Positions 40,601-52,600 of a stretch of 64,000 nucleotides of DNA are shown here, piece after piece. The position numbers were made by a program, and so were the translations under genes. Numbering within the stretch: the first letter of the stretch is position 1; the number at the start of each line of letters is the position of its first letter. This stretch comes from Mytilus edulis (taxonomy: Eukaryota), in NCBI RefSeq assembly GCF_963676685.1, contig NC_092344.1, positions 117,986,001 through 118,050,000 of the forward strand, in the 5' to 3' direction. A model generated the notes under the pieces. That model saw nothing but the letters and a program-made list of their open reading frames with translations, did not search any database and had not been told where the DNA came from.

Positions 40601-43600
40601 TATGCATTTATCTACATGAATAAAAGAGGTGGGATAAGCACCAATGACCAATCTATACCTGTTATAACACAAGAGGATAAACAACATAATAACTTTTGTA
40701 CTTGTAGTCTTGTAAGAACTATACTGTTGCAAAGTGATTTTGCCAGAGGCTACATTCTATTGTTTTATTATGCTTTTTATTAACCATAGATGGTTACAGA
40801 ATATATAAGACTTGTTCACTCACCTGTCAGGTCTATCTCTAAACATTCTACCTGTAATATTCAAACATAATGTCAATGAGTGACCATGAGTCACAATTAT
40901 AAATTTTAAATTCATGAACTGTGAATTTTTTAACTTGAGGCTTTTACATTCATTATAACAGAAATTAAAACAGATACATTTTCAGTGTTGAATATTTGTT
41001 CTCTATAAATCTTGATATTGTATTGTCTTAAACTTTGACTGATTGATTATTGTTTGTGTAATAATATCCAGTGACAAATATTTCATGTATGTAAAAAGAA
41101 AAAAAACATCTTCAGGACAAATTCTCAAGCTTTGGAGCTGTACACATCTTGCACAAAAGGAGTATAATAATAATAATAAATTCTTTATTTAAAGAGGGTA
41201 AACTCAGTTAGATACAATAAACTAATCTTCCCTGAGGCCCTCACATACAAATTACAATACAATCAACAGATATTTACACATAGTTAATTTACAGTCATGT
41301 AGTTCAGTGTTTTGTTATTAACATAAGATATAATGCTGTTTAAGATGTACATGTAGTCAAAAAAATCAAACGAAAATAAAAAATATACAAATAGATTGTA
41401 GCAAACATTTCTTATCAGGATTGTGTTAGGCAGCAACCATTTGATTTTCTGGGGGGGGGGCTATGGTTTTTTTTGGAAAAAAAAGTTTGTTTCCAGTTTT
41501 TGGAGAAAAAAATAATTTGTTTTTGATTCTGAGAAAAAAAAAATGTTTGTTTCACCCACAGCTGCCACTATATGTAATGCTAAAATTGAAAGAAAAAAAT
41601 TGTTTTCGACTTGTCGCGAAAAAAATAGATTGTTTTTCGCCACAGGCGAAAATAAAAGTTTGTACAGAAAAAAAAAAACATAGCCCCCCCCAGAAAATCA
41701 AATGGTTGCTGCCTTAGGTACTTTTTGATATTTTGCTTAAAAGTAAAAGTGTTTTGAGCTTTACGCATTTTGCGTGGTAGTCCATTCCATAACACTGATC
41801 CCAAATAAGCAAAGGATTTCTTAAATAGCTCAGCTTTTGGATTAGGAACTATCAGATTACCTTGAGTGACACCTCTTAAGGAGTAAGGATTATTATCTGA
41901 TTTCAGTTTAAACTTTTGAACTAGGTACATTGGTACTTCCATACGCATACATTTATATAGAAGTAAATATTTGTGATATTTTATTCTATTGTCAATTGTC
42001 ATCCACCCAAGTTTTTTAAATAAGGGGGCTGACGGGGAAAAGGATCTGCATCTAGAATTAATCTTGCTGCCCTTTTTTTGGAGTTTAAAAATTCTTGTTA
42101 TTCCTTCATTTTTACATTCAACCCAAATAATACAGCAGTAGTCAATTAAGGGAAGAATATACCCTGGAGTAGGTCCAGTAAGACCCCTTTTTGGCTCCAA
42201 AATATAGCAGTTTTACAAAATTGTTAAAATGTAAACTTTTAGTTATTCATTGGAAAGTAGAATGCTTCTGCAACATAAATATGGGTTGTTTCTGAAAATA
42301 CAATGTACATATATCAGGTATTAGCATCATCAAGTCATGCTTAATTACTAAAATCTTCACATTTTTAGCATTTGAGTTAATTTTAGAGTTTTCGTCTAAA
42401 ATGAAAGTGGCCGCATTTGTGTTCATTCTTAATATTGAAACGAAGTTGTATTTGATGATAATACATAACATATATAAAGGTGGAGGATGAACACAGATGC
42501 GGCCACTTTCATTTTTGACAAAAACCATCTGAAAAGTGACATGTTTTGGCATATTTGATCGATTTTTCATATATGAGCTTGAATCGGAGCGTTTGAATTA
42601 CTAAATCAGTTAAAATCTTTCACACAATCTATTTGATTCAAATGAAACAGACACTTAAGTGTTTAAAAAGTGTCCAAAATCTTTTGTCAGTTGAAACCTG
42701 AAATTTGAGGCCAAAATCAGACCTACTCCTTTCAGAAGATGTTAACAAAACATCGACATTAAACCTACCTCCCTCTCTATCAAAATCTCCTCTTGGTCGT
42801 TTTCTTCTTGGTCCTTCAAAATCGTCCATGCGCCTTCGTCTGCAACATCAAAAGACCATACATGTATATACATCCAGAAATTGACAAAATACACAACATC
42901 CGAACAACTTTTAAATTAACAAAGCTTTCGGGATATGAAAGTGAAATGTAGCAATCATGAGGCAAAAGCATATCCATTTATGATTGCTATATATGTTTTT
43001 TTTTCTGAAAAAAAACCCCCTCCTATTTCTTTTTATTAACAAGTCAAACAAACAAACCCACCTCCCCCATTTCACGTCTAAAAATAAATTATTTGCTCAT
43101 GATTGCATTCTTACTTTGTGAAGCAATATGAGGCTTAACAAAAGTCTTAAATTAACATGGTAGAACAAGAAAATTGCATTATTGGTATAAATGTGAAACC
43201 AACTGGTCATTTGAACACATGCATGCTATTATTCATCTTTTTTTTGTCTTGACATTGTCACTGAAATCTGAACCATTAAAACTCAAAACATATAATGTGC
43301 ATGACTGGGATAATATTAATTTCAAACTTTCACTTTTTGAAAACTGTACCACTGCCTAAGAATGTTCAATAAAGAATAAACTTGATTCCCCAAGTATCAG
43401 CAATGAAATATATATGTGTACATTATGTGCAACTTTTAAATCTTTTTTTTAAATTTAACAATAGAAATGTAGCATTTAATTAAAGGAGATGAGATGATTA
43501 AAGTGCCATTTTTTATTTGTAAAATAATTTTCTCTCTCTTTAATACCTCAAGTTAAACTAAGAAATATTATCATATTCAAGAAAAATACATTGAAATAGA

Positions 43601-46600
43601 TTAAGGCAAAAGCCAATATTTGAAAGGTCAAATGACAAAAACTTGATTATTATAAAGTAAGTTGGTGAGCAGCTGATATAAAGCTTGATACATGTATGCC
43701 CAGGACATTGAACATTTGTCTGTTTGTCAATCTCTCAAGACAATACATTGACCTCTTATTTGGGAAAGAACGACTTAAAAGTGAACGGAAATGACACAAC
43801 AATCTCATGAAATAGTAGGAAATAAACTACTTGTATTACTGTTCATCATCTTGATGTCTCACTGGATGACTTTCAGTAAAATCTACATAACCTTAACTTG
43901 TAGCATCAACTTCAGCCATAATGAGTTACAATAAGATCTAAGGCATCAACTTTAGTGATCATGACTTAAGTGATAATCTACAAGGCCTAAGCCTGGAGCA
44001 TCAATTTCAGTAATCATAACTTACAGTAAGATCTAATTCTTCAGTGCTCATAAATTAATTTTATATCTAAATCTTCAGCTCTCATGACTTTCAGTAAGAT
44101 CACCATGACCCAAGCATGTAGCATCAAGGTGAGCAAACACGACTTACAGTAAGATCTCAAGTTCTCAACCTTTAGGACACATGACTTACAGTAAAGTCTA
44201 CTTGGCCTAGACAGCAGCATCAAGGTCATCAATCATGACTTACAGTAAGATCTTAATCTGCAGTATCAACTTTAGGACACATGATTTACAGTAAAATCTT
44301 CATGGCCTAGACTATAGCATTTATTTTAGCAATCATGAACTGCAGTAAGATCTTAATCTTCAGAGCTCATAACTTACAGTAAGATCTAAACATGCAGCAT
44401 CAACTTTAGAGCATATGACTAACAGTAAAATCTAATTGGCCTAGACAGTAGCATTAAAGTCAGCAAACATGACTTACAGTAAGATCTTAACCTGTTGCAC
44501 CAACTTTACAGCTTACAGAAAAATCATCATGGCCAAGGCTACTGTAGCATCAAATTCAGCAATCATGATTTCAATAAGATCTTATTCTTCTGTACTCATC
44601 ATTTTCAGTAAAATCTGCTCATGACTTGCTATAAGATCTACATGGCTTAAGTCTGTACCATTCAATCAAATTCAACATTCATAACTTAAAGTACAATCTA
44701 AACCTTCAGAACTCATGGCTTACAGTTAGATCTTAAACTCAATGCTCATGACTTACAGTTAGATCGATGTGACCATAGCCTATTGCATCACCAATGCCAG
44801 CAATCATGACTTACAGTAAGATCTTAATATGCAGCATCACCTTCAGGGCTCATGATTAACAGCAAGGTCTACATGAAATAAACCTGTTTCATCAAATTCA
44901 GCTATCATTGCATTCAGTGAGATCTGCATGATTTGGGCAAGAAGTATGAACTTAAGGCTCATGACTTACAGTGAGACCTAAATAATCTAAGACTGAAGCA
45001 ACAATTTCAGCGATCATAACTTAAAAGATCTACATGCATCTACTTCAGTTCTCATGACTTTGACAGAACCAACTGATAAGTATCAATATCTCTGTTGAGT
45101 TTCATTGAAAATGGTAGCGTTTTTTATTTTTCATTTTAGGGGAGTCAATTATGATTACCATATTGTAGTTCTAAGTTTTTCACTAAATGACAGTCTGTAG
45201 TTTATAAACATTGGTACATAATGGCATACTATATAACTATATATATAATATTTATATCAACATTGCTGAAGCAATTATTTAAACAGAGTTTCAAACAACA
45301 TGTCATGAAAAGCTGTAAGGATAAAATGTAAATTGGTTTGATATAAATTTTCTTGTTTAGCTTATAATTTAATAATATACTGTTATGCTTATACATCAAT
45401 TGTTTTGTCCCAAAATTATTTGGGAAGTCGTATCATATTTTCAGGCTAACTTTCATTTTCTATAATAATATTCCTTTTATCTCAAGAACTACAAAAAAGA
45501 CATAATTATTTTACACCAGATATTAAGAAACTTTGCAACTTAAGCCCTTCAAAATTTAGTCCCTATTTTGACTAAGGGAGATAAATCTTCATCTAAATTA
45601 TTTGATCTCTAACTTATGCACACTTGTAAAATTTGGAGGCAGTAATAAATTTCTAATGTAGGTGATCTTATAAAAAATAAATCTCTACTTATATTCATCA
45701 AATTAAAAAGGATTTCCGTTAGAAGATTTATAAGAAACTGATATTAGGTTATTAACATTTAAAGGACATTAACTTATTTGCATATTTAAGCTTGCTTTAA
45801 ATAAGGCCAATATGAAATAAAATCTAAACTCCCTGAAAATATTGAATTACAAATGCATTGACACCTATGATGTATAAGGCTAAATAATACAATAGTACAG
45901 GTTTAGTAATGCACAAACTTAATATTATGACATGTTCAATTGACCAATTGATTTGACATATAACTATTTACTCATTTAACCCAAACCATTACTTGAATAT
46001 AACATACCATAGTACACAAATCCACACAAGAAGTTAATGGCTATTGTCACCATATTATTGTGGAATAAGTGTCCACATAACTAACATTGTCAATTAATAT
46101 GTAAAATGTTCACTTGCTAATCTATTCTTCAGTTTAAATCCACACTTAATATCAAAATCAGACCACAAATATGGACAGTTTACTTAGTCCTTTTTAACAT
46201 GTGATCTCCTTTTGTGTTATGAGTAAGCTCGTTTTACCCAAACACAGAAATTTAAGTCCTGTATTTACCATAGGGCACCACACTACAAACCTATTATATC
46301 ATTTTAACACAGCAAGTCCATTTGATAGAATTTTAGTCCATAGATTATTAGTCCTTTTATCACAACTATTATCTAAATAGTCCTTTAAACTGCAAACTGA
46401 AATAAGGTCCTTAAATTTTCAAAAGAATAGAATTCAGTCCTGGAGTGGTCTTCATTGAAAAAGTTGTTTGCGGAAAATTAAGTTCGTAATATATGGCAAT
46501 TTTAATCCATTTAGCACATTTTCATCGCATTTTTCATTATACAGCTTTTTTTGTCCCTGCTAAGATTCTTCTTGATATTGCAAGATTAAAAAGACCTGGA

Positions 46601-49600
46601 ACATCTTCAAAAGTAATAAAGTAATAAATACAAATGTTTTAGACAGTTACTGTTCAACAGTCTATACTTACCACATCAAGTTTACAAATTTAGACAGTAA
46701 TTTTTGAAATTATTTATGTTTTTGAAAAAGTTAAAAGAAGTTTGGATGTTCAGAAGTATCACCCTCTGTGTTTCTTTCCTTTATTTTTGGACCAAGAATA
46801 GGACAAAGTTTTGTCACCAAGTGAGATTTCTGGTGATCAGCTTGGTTTTACGTGTAGTGGTCACGTGAAATATAATACAATGTTCAAGTTATTCCTTTAG
46901 AATTACACATGTTGTAGGCTAACCTAAAGAAATCACCACGTCCAAACCGACCGCGGAAATCTCTTCCACGGAAATTTTCTCTTCTACGTTCAATATCAAC
47001 TCCTCCTCCTCCTCGTCCTCGTCCTACTCCCTCTCCCCCATCTCCTCCTGTACTGCCATTAGCTCTCCGTACAGAATGTCTTTTACGAGCTTTTCGCACA
47101 ATGGAACTCAAGTCTACATTTTCATCTGCTGAGAAAAGTTTACACAACATTTCTCCACATTTTGGCTCGATATCCTATAAAATAGAATTTGTCAATAAAT
47201 AAGTAATATCAATTTAATTCTACAGGCATATATATAGGATCTGAATAACTTATACTGATCTTACATTCCTTTCTTTGGAATATATAAGCATTTCTTTAAC
47301 GGGTAATCAGACACCCTGCCTAAATGCTTTCAGGCTTAAAATACTGCTTCAGTCTTCATTTATATAATGTTCAAATCATCTCGCATTGGAACAATTTTCC
47401 TTTTTCTTTTTATGTAGTTTAATTGTAAATCAGTGCAAATTTAACACTGAAGTTGTGCGTTTCAACCCTGTACATGGTAGGTGTTATCGACTACATTCTT
47501 AACTAACTAGGATTATCAGTTGTGAGTTTCAACCATGTTCATGGTAGGTGTTATGGACTACATTCTTAACTGACTAGGATTATCAGTTGTGAGTTTCAAC
47601 CCTGTACATGGTAGGTGTTATGGACTACATTCTTAACTAACTAGGATTATCAGTTTTCCTACAGATGGTTGATGGTTCTCTCCAGCTTCCTCGAACCAAA
47701 AAAAACTGAACGCAATGAGATAGCAAACCCTGATGAAAGTGGTAGTAAACACCAATCAATCAGTGCACATAAAATGAAATTTTTACAAATTCAGAATAAC
47801 ATCAAAAATCAATTTCCTTCTAATGAACATTCTCTGGATAAAGTTTTAAATGAATTGCGGTAAATAAACATGATATATAGTCCTTTTTAAAATATTCAAA
47901 AAGAAATTTGCCGACATAAATGCATACCTGTCCGTCACGACCAATTTTGACAGGTTTGTTGTCATTCCAACCATTGTGTAGATGTTGTGTCTTTGTGAAA
48001 GGTAATTCTCGTCTGAAAATTTGCCATAATATTAAAGTTATTCTTTACAATTATCTAAAATTATTTCTTGAGGTGGTTCAAAAATAACAGACATGGTATC
48101 ATCAAAGTATCATCGTCAAATACAGTATACATGTGAGTTTTTAATTTGCCTATGTAGGTTGTTATCAAATTTTAAAAGTACCTTCTATAGGTACCAGTAT
48201 GTTTGGATTGTACATCTTATACATTTTTTCAATTTTTTTTCATTGATATTGTGACACAGAGGCTTCTCGATATATATTGGCATTTTCAACAATACTCAAT
48301 TTAGTTCAGATTCAAATCAATCCAGATTTCTTGATATTGCCAGGTCTCATTCTAGAATAATAAAATACATATTTGTTCAAATAAATCTTTCGCCTACAAC
48401 AAAATTCACTAAGTTAGTGCTAATTACGATAATCAACAAAATTCACTAGGTTAGTGCTAATTACGATAATCAACAAAATTCACTAAGTTAGTGCTAATTA
48501 CGATAATCAACAAAATTCACTAAGTTAGTGCTAATTACGATAATCAACAAAATTCACTAAGTTAGTGCTAATTACGATAATCAACAAAATTCACTAAGTT
48601 AGTGCTAATTACGATAATCAACAAAATTCACTAGGTTAGTGTTAATTACGATAATCAACAAAATTCACTAAGTTAGTTCTAATTACGATAATCAAACTAC
48701 ATAAGATGCATATTTTAATATTTAACAATGAATCCCTTGAATCATTAAACATAAGTTTTACATATATCATGTATATCAAACCTGTTAATCCAGTCAAGTT
48801 TAAATACCCCACTAAGTGCTCTAGCACTTAAACCAGGAGGTAGAACCCATCTGATTGGTGGATGATCTTTGGTGGATTCATCAGCAATTCTTGCATAACC
48901 TGTAAATAGTCAAATGATTGAAATCACTGTAAATTCCTATTATGATTTCTTTAAACTCTGGTTTACAAAATGTATTTGTATCTTAAACATGTATTATTAA
49001 TATAAAAAAAAATGCCTTTCAAAATCACTCCCCATTTTTTCTGGAATATCTTAATTCTTTTTGTTTTTAACTTTCTAATTAGTAAGTAGAAGAATCAATC
49101 TTCACAGAAGCTACTTTTATATATTAAAGAAAGTGACCTCTTTAAGAATGAGCTGAATAATTGTCTCTGCAAATAGGGGTTTCAACATAACTTTGTTAAA
49201 TCTAGTATTTACAATACCTTGAAATTTTCCACTTTCTTTAACAGAAAATATCAATATCACATTGTCATGGTTCTGAAAAAAATAATTGAAAAAGATGTTT
49301 TAATTGTTTTTATAACACCAAATTATTCCTCACAGTACATAGAAATGAAAATTTAGCAATTATTTTTAGCAGCTGTACATTCACTTTTTCATGGCTTAAT
49401 AATTAGTAGTCAACCAATAAACATAGCTTAAATTTAATTCATATTGTATTTAACTACATTTAAAATCAACTATTCCTATACATATATTTATTTCATTTTG
49501 ATATTGTACCGAAATCTATTTTTTTTAAAATCCAACATAACCTTCCAAAGATCATTTAAATCAATAAAATATAACATAGTTTGTTTTCTAGCTCACCCTA

Positions 49601-52600
49601 TAGGCTGTGTTCAGTCTGCCTTCATTCTGTGGTGGTGTGGACCACACTCCTTTGGCCTTTGCAAGTGCAACATTTTCATGATTGTTACTCTTAATGAGAA
49701 AGAACCTTGCATTGCGGAACACATATTTCAGCTTGGAATCACCTACAAAAAAGAGATGAATATCTGTTGGAAAGTATTATTATTTAGGTATGTTGTTGCA
49801 AGATATGTGTGTCATGGTCTCAAGTTGATCATGTGGATGGTATAAAATGAATTACTGCTGGCATTGATGTTAAAATTTGATGAAAGTTGCATTTTATTCA
49901 TGTGTCTATTTTAGGTACAGCCTGTGGTTAAAGAATTTACAACTTTTAATAATTTTTTCAAACTTTCATTGAATTTTAAATAGAAGCTTTTTCATTATCA
50001 AATGATAGCACCTGAGAAAATAAATGTTTTCTTATTTTTCTGTTATTCACTTATTAATAGGATAAGCTTTTTGCTATTCGCATAACACTTTCACATTGAC
50101 ACCAGTAACAAGACACATGGAACACTGTAAACATAATTGTTAATATTTAGATCTATATGATTGTTATAAGATAAATTGTTTTATTGTATAGCAATATAAT
50201 ATTTCCCACAGAACGTAACGAAAAGTTAGCGTGCAATAAATTCTAATATTGCACTAGTGCAATAAATCTTCAAAATTCATGACGTCATCAACGTTTAAAT
50301 CTTAGTTTAAACCAATTTTTACTTTCAAATATTATATTGCTATACAATAAAAGGGTTATTGCATGAATATTCGGGAATATTGTCCCTCGTAGAACATATA
50401 TTGCACTCGCAAGCTCGTGCAATATAAAATTCTACTCGGGACAATATTCCCCAATATTCATGCAATAACCCTATATTATAGAGAGTTCCATTCAAGATAT
50501 TTTGCTGATGATACCAGATGAGGTTTCTTTCTGTAGTTGAAATTTTAACACTAACAAAGTAGGAAACAGGCCTGTTTTTAAATAGAGAAGACCCAAAACT
50601 TGTCTTAGACAAACACAAAGCTTAATTCTAAATAAATGGATTAAAATAATAAAAATTCCATGAGTATGAGCTAACAGACAAAAGATATTTCTTTCATAAT
50701 CAAATTGCAAAACTCTACTGTTATAAAACCTTACGTTTAGATTCTTCATCTGATTTTTCTGCTCCACTCTCAGCGCCACTTTTTTCCTCATGAGGACTTT
50801 CTCCATGTTCCTCCTCCTCCTCTTCTTCAACCTCACTGATTTCTTCTGACGGAACATCCCATTCAATTGGAGAGATTCCCCGCTTCATCATTTTCTTGCT
50901 TGACGGAGATCCTTCGTCTCCATCGTCATCTTCTTCTTCGTCCTCCTCCTCCTCATCATCCTCTTCTTCTTCTTCCTCTTCTTCAACAACTTCTTCCATT
51001 TCTTCATCAGCATTACTCATCCTTTCTGAACCACTTTCAAAAAAATCTGCAAATATGCAAGATAATAAATAATTCCCCTCTTTTGTAATTTGCTGAAATA
51101 GTCAACTTTTCAGTTTCAAACTATTTGTCAAGCATTCACTCTACATAATATCATATATATAGCTTTTCTTATGTTCTTTACTGTTTGTAAATCCTCAATG
51201 TACTCAAACCCAAATGAGTAAATGAAATATGCAATAATATGACATCTATTGAAAATCCTAATATGAAGTTCTTCAAACGATTAGAGTAAACACCTGTGGT
51301 CAAATTCTAAGTTATTCATTTATCAGCTGATAGGCAACATCATGACATGATTTTTGTGGGCTGTTCCAATTTTACTCTCACATCATATGCTTTTTATTAA
51401 TGATTTACCTCACTACAGATGGTGTAAATGATGCTTTTGAACAATCACGTAAGAATGTAAGGATTTTACAGGAGAATTTGTATAATGTCTATATCTTCTT
51501 AAATGAAAATAAGATTGTCAATTAAATCATACAAATCTGTCTCCTTTCTTTATTGTATATCATTTAAGAAAGTCACTTGTTTAATTTTCTTCTATGTTAT
51601 TGTCAATTTTAATAGTATGGTCAAATATAGGAACAGCAAATATTTCCCTTCACATAGAGCACCTCCATCCCAAAGAATTGCTATCTTTGTCCTAAAAGAA
51701 AAGAAATAATTCAAATGGGCTTGCATTTATACTGATTTTGCAAATAAAGAGTTGGCCCTTAATACACTTATGCTGAAATATTACCCCTCACTGTCGCTTG
51801 AGGCAAAATATTTAGCATAGAGGGCCAACTGTGGTAAAATCACAAAAATCTCAAGCTCTGGTGGATTATTCCTTAATTTTATTTTCAACTTTACTGTAAC
51901 ACTGGTGACACAAACCTGATTCCTCTTTATTTTCCTCTTCAGCTTCACTATTTGCTGCCCTATCACTGCCCTCAGCCTCACTTCTCGTGTCATATTCTTG
52001 GGCTTCCATAGCTTCAACAGCTGGTTTTATATCTTCTTCAAGATTTAACTGGTCCTCCTTTGTCTGATTACTTTGCTCTTCCAACTCAGGTTCAACTGGT
52101 TCCTGTTTGATTTCTAAAATAAAATAGTTCACATTTATTGATTGGTCTGGATAACATTGCTAATGATTACCTTTCAAAATTAGCTGTGAGATCACTGGAT
52201 GTCAACAAATTGAAACTATTTGTAAAGCCAAAAAATGTTGTATATCTTAGTATTCAAAATCCACTGCCAGAGGCAAAACAAAACTGTGTATTTTCTGTGT
52301 TTGAAAAGTATTGTTACAATTTCTGAAAATTTCTGAACTTGTATGTTTTAACATGAAAAATGCAAATTTAGATATAAGATACCTCTAAAACTATGTCCTA
52401 AAGTACATTTTTTTTAAAAGTGCATATCAAAATGGACTAGGATTTAAATTTCAAAGAGAAATGAAAGTAAATTTTCCTCTGTATCTGAGGTCTTTAACTC
52501 TTTCCTCCATGGAATTTTTTTTTAAATACTTGTTTCGCATACAATTTTTTTCAATAAAAAAAAAATCATCAGGTTTAAAGTATTAATGCATTGCGAAAAC

